Position numbers and translations under genes: made by a program. A stretch of 52,606 bases of DNA from positions 1-52,606 of the IMG/VR virus record IMGVR_UViG_3300010367_000142; one strand, 5' to 3'. This document shows positions 17,439 through 26,771 of this stretch, in pieces. A model generated the notes under the pieces. It did not search any database. It saw nothing but the letters and a program-made list of their open reading frames with translations, and was not told the origin of the DNA. How positions within the stretch are numbered: position 1 is the first letter of the stretch; each line of letters starts with the position of its first letter. The stretch comes from a virus (taxonomy: Duplodnaviria; Caudoviricetes).

Positions 17439-17606
17439 ATGGGCCTGCTCAGCAAGAACGAGACCGGTATGCCCTGCCAGGCATGCGGCCACGACACCAC
17501 CCCGCAGGACCCCGCCGTCCGGATCAAGGGCGACAACGCCCGCATCCACAAGAGCCACACCACGACCCCCGGCAGCGGCTTCTTCGGAGCCAAGACCAAG
17601 CGCTGA
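17439..17606 (+). CDS. 55-aa microprotein
   Basis: MGLLSK..CQACGH..RIHKSH. Confidence 0.55.
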   Translation: MGLLSKNETGMPCQACGHDTTPQDPAVRIKGDNARIHKSHTTTPGSGFFGAKTKR

Positions 17607-17687
17607 CCGGCTGCCCGATCCGTCCGTCTCGCACGGGCGGTGAGGGGAGCCGGGACAGCCCCGGCCACCTGGATGAGGAGAAATCAC

Positions 17688-17864
17688 ATGGGCCGATTCA
17701 GCCCCGTAGCAAAGCGCCACATCGACGCCGCCACCGAGGCGAAGGCGCGCGGCGACCGTTCAGAGATGTTCAGCCAGCTCTCGCAGCTCGTCCTCAACGG
17801 CACCGATGAGGATGCAGCGCGGGTGATGTTCGCGGCAGTCAAGGCCGCGAACAAGGGTCGCTGA
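17688..17864 (+). CDS. 58-aa microprotein
   Basis: GAGGAG RBS; MGRFSPVAKR... Confidence 0.6.
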   Translation: MGRFSPVAKRHIDAATEAKARGDRSEMFSQLSQLVLNGTDEDAARVMFAAVKAANKGR

Positions 17865-17907
17865 CCGACTGCCCGCCGTATCACACACCATCTGAAAGGA
17901 GCCCGCG

Positions 17908-18072
17908 ATGGGCCAGTTCGACACCGTCGAGGGCAACCGGCAGGTCGCAGACCTCGCCGACCACCGTGCCGCTGAAGCCCTGGAGAAGGGCGACACCGAC
18001 AGGGCTTACGTCGCCAGTTCCTTCGCCGCCACCGCTCGTGACATCGCCGACCTGATCGAGCGCAAGGGCTGA
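17908..18072 (+). CDS. 54-aa microprotein (not in ORF track)
   Basis: AAGGAG RBS; MGQFDTVEGNRQVADLA... Confidence 0.6.
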   Translation: MGQFDTVEGNRQVADLADHRAAEALEKGDTDRAYVASSFAATARDIADLIERKG

Positions 18073-18159
18073 CCGTTCCCCGATCCGCCGGACCCTGCAC
18101 CCCTGGCGGTGAGGAGACCCGGCCAGCCCGGCCCCGTCCCGAACCTGAAGGAGCACCGC

Positions 18160-18315
18160 ATGTCGATCGAGAAGACCTACGAGCCCGGCGTCCGCCCCGG
18201 CACGCTGCGCGACGTGTACCGAGTCGCCGGCGACCAGCCGTACAAGACCCATCCCACCGAGGCCGAGGCGAAGGAGCGGGAAGCCGAACTCGCCGCCGAC
18301 ACCGACACCGACTGA
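18160..18315 (+). CDS. 51-aa microprotein
   Basis: AAGGAG RBS; MSIEKTYEPG..VYRVAGD. Confidence 0.6.
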   Translation: MSIEKTYEPGVRPGTLRDVYRVAGDQPYKTHPTEAEAKEREAELAADTDTD

Positions 18316-18374
18316 CCGTCCACCACCCGCAAGATCCACCACCCCCGCGAAGATCCCGGAAGGACTGAACCGCC

Positions 18375-19772
18375 ATGACCGCCAGCCCGCCGACTGTGAA
18401 CGGCCACGCCCGGCCGCCGGCCCTGCAGGTCATGGGGGACTGGCAGCCCATAGACGCCACCCCCACCGAGCCCGAGACCGCCGAACCCCCCACCGCCGAG
18501 CCGCTCGACACCGAGTCGGACGTCGTCGCCCAGGCCAAGGCCGAGGCGATCCGTGCCGAAGCGTGGGCCAAGTCCGAGAAGCAGCGCATCGCCGCCGAAG
18601 CCGAAGCTGAGGAGCGCCGTATCAAGGCCGAGGCTGAGGCTGACGCCATCCGCATCCAGGCGGAGGAGAATGCCCGCAAGCTCCACCTCGCCAACAACCG
18701 CGCCGCCCGCAAGGAAGCCGAGGATCAGGCCGCATCCGACGCGCGGATCGCCGACCACAACCGGCGCCGCGACGAAGCCGATCGAGCCCGCCGGCAGGCA
18801 GTCCGTCAGGAGGCGGAGCAGCAGCAGACCGAGGTTAAGCAGGCGAAAGCCGTTCAGGAGTCCGGCAAGAGGTGGCGCAACGTCGCTCTCGCCTTCTACG
18901 CCTTGTGTGCCGCAGTTGCCCTCCCGGTTCAGATGGCCGCCTTCTACAACCCGGATGCCAAGTACCTGCTCGTCGCCCCGGTCTTCATCGAAGTGATCGC
19001 CTTGGTCGCCCTTGTCGGCGCGGCTGCCGCCGTCACGGCTGGCCGCCCGCACTGGCACTACCGGCTAGTCGCCTGGGCGGGCGCGCTCACGGCCGCGACC
19101 ATCAACATCGTTCACGGGCTCGCCGAGTATGACGCGGCGACCGCGTTCGGGACTGCGCTCGCTTCGATCGCCGGCCCTGGCATGTGGGACCTCCACGAGC
19201 ACGGACGCATCCGCAAGCGTGACGGCAAGTTGTCACGGCGGGAGCGGCAGGCCGCGAAGAAGGCGGCCAAGGCGGAGAAGAAGCGGAAGGCGTCCGAGGA
19301 GAAGCAGCGGGCCGTCGAGAATGCTGCCGCAGACAAGGCGGCCGAGGCGGAGCGGCAGCGGCTTTCGAAGCAGCGCCAGGAAGAGTTCAAGGACGTCTGG
19401 CCGGAGGCCGTGAAGATCGCCGCTGCTGTCGGATCGACCACCGATGACGACGCCGTGTGGGTGCGCGCCTACCGCAACATCAAGGGCTGCGATCCGGGCG
19501 AGTCCATCGAGTCCATCACCGCCCGCCGGGCAGCCGAGAAGCGCGTCCAGGCAGCCCTCACCGGCACCCCCGTGAACACCCTCAGCAAGACCACGAACGC
19601 GCAGCGTGCGATCCAAATTAAGAACCCTTCACGGCGGTCCTCGTACAAGCCTGTTCCGCCCGTCCGCCAGCCCGGCGACACGCCTTCGTATCACCCCGCT
19701 GCGCGTCGTGCTCACGGCGAGACGAAGCGCCGCACGAACGCCGCCAAGTCCTCCCGCCCGAACGACGTCTAA
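18375..19772 (+). CDS. SpdB-like / DUF2637-like membrane spreading protein
   Basis: Coiled-coil, four TM helices, basic C-terminus; lies upstream of traB. Confidence 0.7.
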   Translation: MTASPPTVNGHARPPALQVMGDWQPIDATPTEPETAEPPTAEPLDTESDVVAQAKAEAIRAEAWAKSEKQRIAAEAEAEERRIKAEAEADAIRIQAEENARKLHLANNRAARKEAEDQAASDARIADHNRRRDEADRARRQAVRQEAEQQQTEVKQAKAVQESGKRWRNVALAFYALCAAVALPVQMAAFYNPDAKYLLVAPVFIEVIALVALVGAAAAVTAGRPHWHYRLVAWAGALTAATINIVHGLAEYDAATAFGTALASIAGPGMWDLHEHGRIRKRDGKLSRRERQAAKKAAKAEKKRKASEEKQRAVENAAADKAAEAERQRLSKQRQEEFKDVWPEAVKIAAAVGSTTDDDAVWVRAYRNIKGCDPGESIESITARRAAEKRVQAALTGTPVNTLSKTTNAQRAIQIKNPSRRSSYKPVPPVRQPGDTPSYHPAARRAHGETKRRTNAAKSSRPNDV

Positions 19773-19795
19773 CCCACTCTCAGGAGACCCCAGTC

Positions 19796-20389
19796 ATGAA
19801 CGAGTCCTTTCGTCGGATCGCCGTTTCGGGCAGTGCGGCTGTCGCCCTCCTCGGAGGCGTCGCCACCCTGGCTGTCGCGAACGCCGAGCCTGCTTCTGCG
19901 ACCGAGATTCAGTCCGCTGTCGACCGCGCTACGGGAGCCGCGGTGAAGTTGCCGGACGGCCGCACCCTCCACGTGCCCGGCATGGACGCCGCGGCCTACC
20001 GGGTCGACGCCGGCCACTACACGGCGGCCGTCACCCTCGCCTCCGCCAAGACCAGCATCGGCAGCACGGGCGACATCACCAACGGGCTCACCCCCGACAG
20101 CGGCTCCGCCCTCCAGAACCCCTTCAACACCGGGCAGGTGCCCGCCGGCTACGGCCAGCAGATCCAGACCCAGGCAGGCGGGGGCACCATCAGCCTGACC
20201 GTGGCCATCGGTGTCGCCCTCCTCGCCGTGGTCATCGTCATGGTCAAGAAGGGCCACGTGAAGTTCGCCCAGGCGTTCGCCTGTGTCGCTCTCGGCGTGT
20301 ACCTCGCCCCGACGTTCTTCGGCCCGCTGATCCAGCAGCTCGGCGGGTCCGCGGCGAGCGGCCTCGGCAACGTCTGGGCCGGTTTCTAA
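19796..20389 (+). CDS. Secreted/membrane protein of transfer region
   Basis: N-terminal signal peptide; C-terminal two TM helices (AFACVALGVYLAPT). Confidence 0.7.
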   Translation: MNESFRRIAVSGSAAVALLGGVATLAVANAEPASATEIQSAVDRATGAAVKLPDGRTLHVPGMDAAAYRVDAGHYTAAVTLASAKTSIGSTGDITNGLTPDSGSALQNPFNTGQVPAGYGQQIQTQAGGGTISLTVAIGVALLAVVIVMVKKGHVKFAQAFACVALGVYLAPTFFGPLIQQLGGSAASGLGNVWAGF

Positions 20390-20449
20390 GCCACCCCACC
20401 GCGGGGCCCACCTAGGGCCCCGCTCCTCTCCCGGAAAGGAATCGGCCCT

Positions 20450-22723
20450 GTGGCCACCGAGATCGAGCGCACTCCCGTCGAGCAGCAGGCAATCCCGCCC
20501 ATGCCCGTCGACCCACCCAAGACGCCCGAACCGTCGCGAGGCGACCGTGCCAGGGCTGCGTTCAAGGAGCAGAGCGGTCACGCTGGCGCCCGTATGAAGG
20601 ACTGGTTGGCCACCCGCGACCTCGAACTCCTCGACGTCGTACAGGCCGCCACTGAGGCCAAGCAGCGCAAGCACACGCAGCGCCTCGCGCAGCAGCAGCG
20701 GCTCGTCGCCGAAGCCCACGGCCGATTCGCCCACGCCAAGATGCAGGCCGACGCCAGTGAAGGCGGCAGCAGCGCGAACGCCCTGTCCGGTCTCGCTGGC
20801 CGGGTTGCCGCGGAGGAAGCCAAGCTGGCCGGGATGCAGGCGATACCGCTGCTGCCGCCCACCGACCGGGAGATCAACAACACCCGGCACGGGAAGAAGG
20901 CCACACGGGCCGGCATCGTCGCCGGAGGGGGCATCGGGTCCCTCTCCGTGCTCGGCACCGCCGTCGAGCAGGTCGCCAACGGCCAGCCCCTTCTCCTCGG
21001 GGTCGCAGTCACCGCGGCAGGCTATGGCTGGTACCTGCTGTCCCGCCCCTTCGTGGCAGGCCGCGACGGGCAGGCGGTCGAGGCCCCTTTCGCCTTGACC
21101 CCGGCCAGCCTGCCCGCCACATTTCAGGCGGGGACGGCCGGGGGAGCGGCGCCGATCGTCGGCGGGAACGTCGTCATGTCCGTCGAGCAACTTCCCGAAG
21201 GCGCCAAGCCGTTCCCCATCCGCAACGCGCAGACGCCTGACCAGCTCGCCCAGTGTGTGCTGCTGGCGGCGCGAGCCGAGAGCGTGCCGATCGTCGAGGT
21301 GTCGGACGTGCAGCGGCAGCCGTGGGGCTGGCAGTGCACCGTCCGCGTCTCCGACGGCACACCGGAGGCGATCATCGCCAAGGCGGGTGACCTGGAGACC
21401 CGATTCGATCTCCCCACCAACGGCGTCCGACCGCAGCCGATCAAAGCCCGCCGAGCATGCGCCATCCTGCGACTCATCGAAGGCAACCCGTTCGCCACCG
21501 CCCCTGGCCTGCCTTACCGGGCCCCCAAATCGCTTTCGGTCACCGACAAGTTCCGCGTCGGTACCTCGGTCGGCGGCGATCCGCTGGAGCTGTCCCTCGC
21601 CGGCGTTATGGGTCTGTGGGTGGCGGCCTCCGGTGGCGGCAAGACCGGCATCCTTCAGGCGCTGGCCGAAGGCGTAACGGCCTGCCGCGACAACATCACG
21701 ATCGACCTCGACCCGTTCGGTGACGGCCTCGAAGACCTCGGGGACGCAGTAAGGATCACAGCCCGTACCACCGAGCAGATCGAAGCGGTCCTGCTGTTCT
21801 TCCTGGTTATGGCAAAGGGCCGTGCGCGGCTGCGGGCCAAGCTCGGCATGGGGAAAAAGTGGCAGGCGAGCCCTGAACGCCCCGCTGTCACGATCTTCTT
21901 CGACGAGCTCCCGAAGGCCAGCGCGCTGGCCAAGCGCCTGTACTTCGACCTGCTGCTCGTCGGCCGCAAGGAGCTGATCGTCGAGCAGGCTGCCGCGCAG
22001 GGCGGCCAGAGCAGCTACCTCGGGGCCAACATCGCCCAGATGGTCGCCCTCGCGGCGGTCGGCCCCTGCAAGGTCGAGGACACCCGGTCGGTGTTCGGTG
22101 ACGGTTCCGTCAGGGAGGGCTACCTCCCCCACAAGCTGTCCCCGGCCACCGCCACAGACCCGAAGGATGCCGGCCACATCTTCATCCAGGGTGTGCCGGG
22201 CATGGCGGACGAGCCGATCGAGTACGCCATCCACGAAGTGCCGTCCGCGACTCTGCGGCAGCTCGGTCAAGAGCGCCTGGAATCCGGACTACTCGATCCA
22301 GACCAGGACAGCCTCGACGCCATGCGCGGCGTCGACCTGCCCGAGTACGTCGAGCCCGAGTACGACAAGGACGGAAACCTGAAGAAGCCGGCCCCCGTCG
22401 AACTCCTCACCTGGGAGCAGCTGCTCAAGCTGTGCGGCGCCGAGCCGCCCGCCAGTGCGGAGCTCACGGACGGTCCCGCGCGCGCCGCGGTTGAGGCTGC
22501 GGTGGCGCTCATGGAGAAAGTGAGCGTCGACCGGATGACAACGGAGACGCTGCTCGCGGCCGTCCAGGGCTACGACCCCAGCGTGTATGGCGAGATGGCT
22601 GTCGACGAGCTCAAGGCGCTGATGAGCCAGGCCGGTGTTGGTGGGCCCGTTCAGCTCGGGGCCATGGGTGACAAGAAGAATCCGCGCGGCTTCAAGCTTG
22701 ATCGACTCCGCGCCGCTCTCTGA
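20450..22723 (+). CDS. traB: TraB/TraSA-type FtsK/SpoIIIE conjugative DNA translocase
   Basis: Two N-proximal TM helices, Walker A AASGGGKT, IDLDP, Walker B TIFFDE, LLLVGRK, C-terminal wHTH-like end KNPRGFKL. Confidence 0.8.
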   Translation: MATEIERTPVEQQAIPPMPVDPPKTPEPSRGDRARAAFKEQSGHAGARMKDWLATRDLELLDVVQAATEAKQRKHTQRLAQQQRLVAEAHGRFAHAKMQADASEGGSSANALSGLAGRVAAEEAKLAGMQAIPLLPPTDREINNTRHGKKATRAGIVAGGGIGSLSVLGTAVEQVANGQPLLLGVAVTAAGYGWYLLSRPFVAGRDGQAVEAPFALTPASLPATFQAGTAGGAAPIVGGNVVMSVEQLPEGAKPFPIRNAQTPDQLAQCVLLAARAESVPIVEVSDVQRQPWGWQCTVRVSDGTPEAIIAKAGDLETRFDLPTNGVRPQPIKARRACAILRLIEGNPFATAPGLPYRAPKSLSVTDKFRVGTSVGGDPLELSLAGVMGLWVAASGGGKTGILQALAEGVTACRDNITIDLDPFGDGLEDLGDAVRITARTTEQIEAVLLFFLVMAKGRARLRAKLGMGKKWQASPERPAVTIFFDELPKASALAKRLYFDLLLVGRKELIVEQAAAQGGQSSYLGANIAQMVALAAVGPCKVEDTRSVFGDGSVREGYLPHKLSPATATDPKDAGHIFIQGVPGMADEPIEYAIHEVPSATLRQLGQERLESGLLDPDQDSLDAMRGVDLPEYVEPEYDKDGNLKKPAPVELLTWEQLLKLCGAEPPASAELTDGPARAAVEAAVALMEKVSVDRMTTETLLAAVQGYDPSVYGEMAVDELKALMSQAGVGGPVQLGAMGDKKNPRGFKLDRLRAAL

Positions 22724-22725
22724 CT

Positions 22726-22895
22726 GATACATCCCGTTATGTCTGTCGGTCGGGGCCTGCTAGTGGCCTGGTTGGCAGAAGAATCAGCAGGTCGCAGCCG
22801 CTATCGGCTCTGGTCGCGCGTCGGTCGTAGCAGCAGCATAGCGGCGCTCGTAGCGGCTGTGACCTGCGGCGATACATCCAGACCAGCCCCGACCA
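22726..22895. repeat. Candidate clt locus (TraB recognition repeats)
   Basis: Noncoding after traB; TAGCRGC-like short repeats, GATACATCC twice, flanking inverted repeat. Confidence 0.45.
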
Positions 22896-22935
22896 GGGGC
22901 AATAAACCATCACAAATCGGAATGGAGATCCACTC

Positions 22936-23340
22936 ATGTCCAAGTGCTGGCAGCCCAACCAGGCGAGCAAGTTCGCCAAGGAAGTCAAGCTCGGCAAGCC
23001 CTACTACACGGTCAACGACATGGCCACGAACCTCGCCCCCTGGGGAGACGCCCAGACCTACTCGGTCCACGTCTTCACCGAGCGCTCCAGTTTCACCGCC
23101 CGTCCGATGACCGACGGAGGCACCTCCGCCGTCGGCCTGTGCCAGCGGCAGGGCCCGGTCTACGACGCGCCGCCCCGCGGCCTCCGCAACATTGCCGGAC
23201 CCGCCCCCCAGGTCGCCGGCCCGCTCCCCGCCGGATACGAGGGCGTCCTCGACGAGGACGAGATCCGCGGCCTGGAGAAGCGCGTCCGTGACGGATCTGA
23301 TCCCCGCACCCGCCGCTCGCCCAGGTCCTGGCGCATCTGA
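22936..23340 (+). CDS. Hypothetical protein
   Basis: GGAG RBS, high GC3. Confidence 0.7.
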   Translation: MSKCWQPNQASKFAKEVKLGKPYYTVNDMATNLAPWGDAQTYSVHVFTERSSFTARPMTDGGTSAVGLCQRQGPVYDAPPRGLRNIAGPAPQVAGPLPAGYEGVLDEDEIRGLEKRVRDGSDPRTRRSPRSWRI

Positions 23341-23361
23341 CAACCGATCAAGGAGAACCCC

Positions 23362-23544
23362 GTGCAGTACACCCACCAGTCCGTGCAGGAGTACGTCGCA
23401 GCGAAGAAGCGCGGCGACCGCGCCGCCACCGACCGCATTCTCGCCGAGGTGACGGCCCGCTTCGACACCCGCACCACCGACGGCAGCGAAGCCCGCGAAC
23501 TCTTCGAAGCCACCATGAGCGTCCAGTTCAGCGAAGGGGAGTGA
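23362..23544 (+). CDS. Small protein, paralog of next gene
   Basis: AAGGAG RBS; YTHQSVQEYVAA..GD. Confidence 0.65.
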   Translation: MQYTHQSVQEYVAAKKRGDRAATDRILAEVTARFDTRTTDGSEARELFEATMSVQFSEGE

Positions 23545-23726
23545 CCGAGATGGACTACAAGCATCAGTCGGTTCGCGACTTCGTTGCCGCGATGGGGAGC
23601 GGTGATCAGGCCGCTGCCGAACGGATCGCCCACGAGATCGTCGAGCGCAACAAGACCAGCGCCAACCCGGGCGAACTGTCCGAGCTCTCCTGGGCCAACG
23701 CGTCCACCCCGCTCGGCAACCAGTAG
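23541..23726 (+). CDS. Small protein, paralog of previous gene
   Basis: YKHQSVRDFVAA..GD. Confidence 0.65.
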   Translation: MTEMDYKHQSVRDFVAAMGSGDQAAAERIAHEIVERNKTSANPGELSELSWANASTPLGNQ

Positions 23727-23814
23727 CTCAGCCGGGGCGCCCCTTCCCGCCTGCCAGCAAAGCAGGGGCGCCCCATTCACCCGCCACGCGCCAACGCGCA
23801 GAAAGCCCACCCAC

Positions 23815-24336
23815 ATGACCACGACCACCCTGCCCGCAGCAAGCCCGCCCCGAGCGCCCGCGCCAACCCACCTCGACCTCGAAGCCCGACTTGCCCTCGT
23901 GGGCGCTCTCATGGCAGGCCGCCTCGACGAAGCGGCCGTCGCCTTCGAGGTGAACACCGCCCACATTTCCAGCGCCGACCCGATCCCCGAGAGGACCGCC
24001 CCGCTCCGACTCACCCCCGCGGCGACGCCCTGCCCGTACAACACGCCCATCGCGGCCACGCTTCACCGGGCGCGCATCCGGCTCGAGACCGACGGCTGGT
24101 GCCGCGACAACCTCTTCGACGAGTCCGGCGCGATCTGTCCTATCCGCGCCATCCGCCTCGAGGCCGCCAGCCGACGCGAAGCCGACGACGCGTGCGTGCT
24201 CCTCCTTGACGCCATCCGGCGCGACTTCGCCACCGCGGAGACGATCCCCAGCTGGAATGCGGCTCAGACCAGCGCCGCGCCCGTCCTGCTCTACCTCGGA
24301 CGCGCCGTCCAACTCGCCCATGCCCGCAACCTCTAG
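23815..24336 (+). CDS. DUF6197-like protein
   Basis: LETDGWCR...GAICPIRAI...IPSWN. Confidence 0.65.
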   Translation: MTTTTLPAASPPRAPAPTHLDLEARLALVGALMAGRLDEAAVAFEVNTAHISSADPIPERTAPLRLTPAATPCPYNTPIAATLHRARIRLETDGWCRDNLFDESGAICPIRAIRLEAASRREADDACVLLLDAIRRDFATAETIPSWNAAQTSAAPVLLYLGRAVQLAHARNL

Positions 24337-24361
24337 ACCCGACCAGAAGGAATTGATCCGC

Positions 24362-24586
24362 ATGGATTTCGACGAGAACGGCCGCGCCGTTTTCAGCGAC
24401 GAGGAGCGTGCCCAGATCGCTGGCGAGCAGGACCAAATCGCCGCGCGCCTATGGGAGGGCGTGACCCGTGTCGAAGCGAAGGGCGACATGCGGCAGGGCG
24501 GCAAGTTGCGGGCCCAGGCGTGCGAAGCCGAAGACCTCGCCAAAGCTGCTCGCGAATCCAGCGCCGCACTCGCCCGCATCTACTGA
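24362..24586 (+). CDS. Hypothetical protein
   Basis: AAGGA RBS. Confidence 0.6.
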   Translation: MDFDENGRAVFSDEERAQIAGEQDQIAARLWEGVTRVEAKGDMRQGGKLRAQACEAEDLAKAARESSAALARIY

Positions 24587-24613
24587 TCCACCGCACCCGA
24601 AAGGACACCTCAA

Positions 24614-24916
24614 ATGGGAATCAGCATCAGCCACAGCGTTCCGTCCACCCGCTCCGCCACGACCATCGGCAACCTCGGCCAGCACCTCGCCCATACCCTC
24701 ACCGGCAGCGAATGGCGGCAGATCGCGCACCTCTTCGACGGCCACCTCCGTGCACCTGTGTACACGCCGCCCGCCGAAGCGGGACGCATCGGCAGCCTGC
24801 TCCACAAGGCCGCCAACAGCCGGGCCATGGACCGGGGATGGGGTGACCTCGCCACTCTCCTCGGCGACGCCGCCAACCGTGCGGCCCGCGCCGGCCAGAA
24901 CTGGGAATGGACCTGA
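24614..24916 (+). CDS. Hypothetical protein
   Basis: AAGGA RBS; ends AARAGQNWEWT. Confidence 0.65.
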   Translation: MGISISHSVPSTRSATTIGNLGQHLAHTLTGSEWRQIAHLFDGHLRAPVYTPPAEAGRIGSLLHKAANSRAMDRGWGDLATLLGDAANRAARAGQNWEWT

Positions 24917-25114
24917 TCAACCGGACATGCCAAGGCCCTGATCCTCACGGACCGGGGCCTTGGCTACGAGTACAGCGCGTGCGACCCAGTCTGTGCCAGC
25001 CGCGTCCGTCGGTAGCGTCGCCGGGACCGCTTCAAGTAGCAGGCAGATGCGATCCAACTCCCGCTGGCAGGCGGCCTTGCTCGTCGCGCGAACCATGTAC
25101 GTCACCGTGGCCAT
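24917..25114 (-). CDS. Small hypothetical protein
   Basis: Convergent 65-aa ORF, probably leaderless (CAGACT -10 just upstream). Confidence 0.45.
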   Translation of the reverse strand: MATVTYMVRATSKAACQRELDRICLLLEAVPATLPTDAAGTDWVARAVLVAKAPVREDQGLGMSG

Positions 25115-25167
25115 GAGTGGAGTCTGACGGGCCCAGCGGGGGAGTAGGGGCGGAACGGGGGAAGCCG

Positions 25168-25386
25168 CTACTCGGTGGCGCCATGTTCTTTGAGGATGGC
25201 CACTGCTGAGTCGACCCCGCCGACTTTCTGGATCAGTTCGCCCAAGTCGACTGGTACGACGGCGGCTTCGCGGGTTCCTCGGCTGGTGAGGAAGTAGACG
25301 CGCCTGAGTAGTTGCACGGCGTTGTGCAGCTTGCTGATGTTGGCGCGGGCGACCGCGATCGGCTGGTCTTCGAGGTTGGGGTCCAT
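25168..25386 (-). CDS. Orphan Phd/YefM-family DNA-binding protein
   Basis: PIAVARANISKL..VYFLTSRGTREAAVVPV matches the Phd/YefM N-domain pattern. Confidence 0.65.
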   Translation of the reverse strand: MDPNLEDQPIAVARANISKLHNAVQLLRRVYFLTSRGTREAAVVPVDLGELIQKVGGVDSAVAILKEHGATE

Positions 25387-25409
25387 AGCGGCTAGATTAC
25401 CATCGGGGC

Positions 25410-25439
25410 TTGATGTACATGAGGGCGCAATGTACATTG
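25410..25439. promoter_or_regulatory. Divergent promoter with two TGTACA palindromes
   Basis: ATGTACAT 25413-25420 and CAATGTACATTG 25428-25439 over TTGATG-N17-TACATT. Confidence 0.65.
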
Positions 25440-25474
25440 AAGTCATCGCCAGGGAGACCAGCAGGGGAGACGTC

Positions 25475-25936
25475 TTGAACACCTACGAACTCGCCACCAC
25501 CACCGTCATCGGCACCGCCCTCGTCCTCGCGCCGATCGACCCGCAGCCGATCCGCGACCTCAACACCCCCATCCCCGGGCCGAAGCCCGAGCCCGTCGTC
25601 TACGACCAGGAGCTGTCGGCCAAGGTGCGCACCGCGCTCGGGATGCCCCGATTCGGCCCAGCCAGGGACGACAACGAGAGCGAAACCCGCGTCTGCATGT
25701 GGGACCAGGTGGTGCTGAACACCGTGTATGAGCGGGTCGGCGGCACCGTCACCGCCCGCACCGTGGAGCGCTCCGTCCTCCACGGCTCAACCTGGCAGGC
25801 CACCGAGATCACAGTCACCGTCGACCTGCCCGGCATCGGCCACGTCGAAGTCTTCACCGACTGGTACGAGGAGACCGGCGGCCGACACCTGCCCCTGATG
25901 CAGGCCATCCCCGACGCGATCCTCATCGCCAGCTGA
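25475..25936 (+). CDS. Hypothetical protein
   Basis: TTG after GGGGAG. Confidence 0.6.
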   Translation: MNTYELATTTVIGTALVLAPIDPQPIRDLNTPIPGPKPEPVVYDQELSAKVRTALGMPRFGPARDDNESETRVCMWDQVVLNTVYERVGGTVTARTVERSVLHGSTWQATEITVTVDLPGIGHVEVFTDWYEETGGRHLPLMQAIPDAILIAS

Positions 25937-26036
25937 CCGCCAGCCCCAGGGCCGCCGCCCCCCACGGCGGCCCGCCCCGCCACCCAACACCACGGCGCAG
26001 CAGACGAACCAGACCGGCACGAGTAGGGAGCCCGCC

Positions 26037-26399
26037 ATGCGCAACAACATGGCCAAGGAAGCGCGACTGCGCATGATGCGACTGGCGCGGCAGCGGGACA
26101 CGCTTAAGACCGTCGCGGGTGTCGAGCAGCGCACCTCCATGAATGACGCCCGCACCGCCCTATGCCTCGCCCTAGGCCGGGACCTCGACGACATCGACCC
26201 CACCTCCGGCCACGACCTCAGCCGCGACGCCTACGAGGACGTCCGGAAGTCCTGGCGGTGGAACATCCAGATGCACGGGTGGAACGAGTGGTACGAGCTG
26301 GGGCTTGATGAGGCGCTGGCCTGGTGGCGCGAGCGCCGCCCGGAATTCGTCGACGGAGACGACTGGCTGGCCGGAATCCTCAAGGAGGACCCGCAGTGA
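26037..26399 (+). CDS. Hypothetical protein
   Basis: GGGAG RBS. Confidence 0.7.
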   Translation: MRNNMAKEARLRMMRLARQRDTLKTVAGVEQRTSMNDARTALCLALGRDLDDIDPTSGHDLSRDAYEDVRKSWRWNIQMHGWNEWYELGLDEALAWWRERRPEFVDGDDWLAGILKEDPQ

Positions 26400-26477
26400 T
26401 CGCCCCGTCCGGCTACGGCCCCGCCCTCGCCCGCGTCCAGATGCTCGCGGATGCCCTCGCCGTCTAAGGAGCCCACC

Positions 26478-26738
26478 ATGCCCGACACCCGCACCCGCGA
26501 CCTCGTCGCCAAAGAACACACCACCTGGGCGGCCTACGCCCCCGACAGCCTCACCTCCACCGTCCTGCGCGCCCTCCTCTGGGAAATCGACCACCCCGCC
26601 GAGGAAGACCAGACGCCCGCCACCTACGCGGCATGGCTGGACAAGGTCGAACCCCGCGACCCGGACGGTGAACTGGAACACCCCGCGTACGTCGCCGAGC
26701 TGAAACGCGACTGCGAAGAGACCCACGGCAAGCACTGA
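26478..26738 (+). CDS. Hypothetical protein
   Basis: AAGGAG RBS. Confidence 0.65.
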   Translation: MPDTRTRDLVAKEHTTWAAYAPDSLTSTVLRALLWEIDHPAEEDQTPATYAAWLDKVEPRDPDGELEHPAYVAELKRDCEETHGKH

Positions 26739-26771
26739 CCGCCCAGCCATCCGCTCCACCGAAGGAACCCC

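Noticed and set aside
19769-22270. 833-aa minus-strand ORF and other long antisense ORFs (e.g. 42024-43814, 46563-48404, 6787-8235)
   Set aside because: Shadow frames of high-GC genes on the opposite strand; no motifs or RBS
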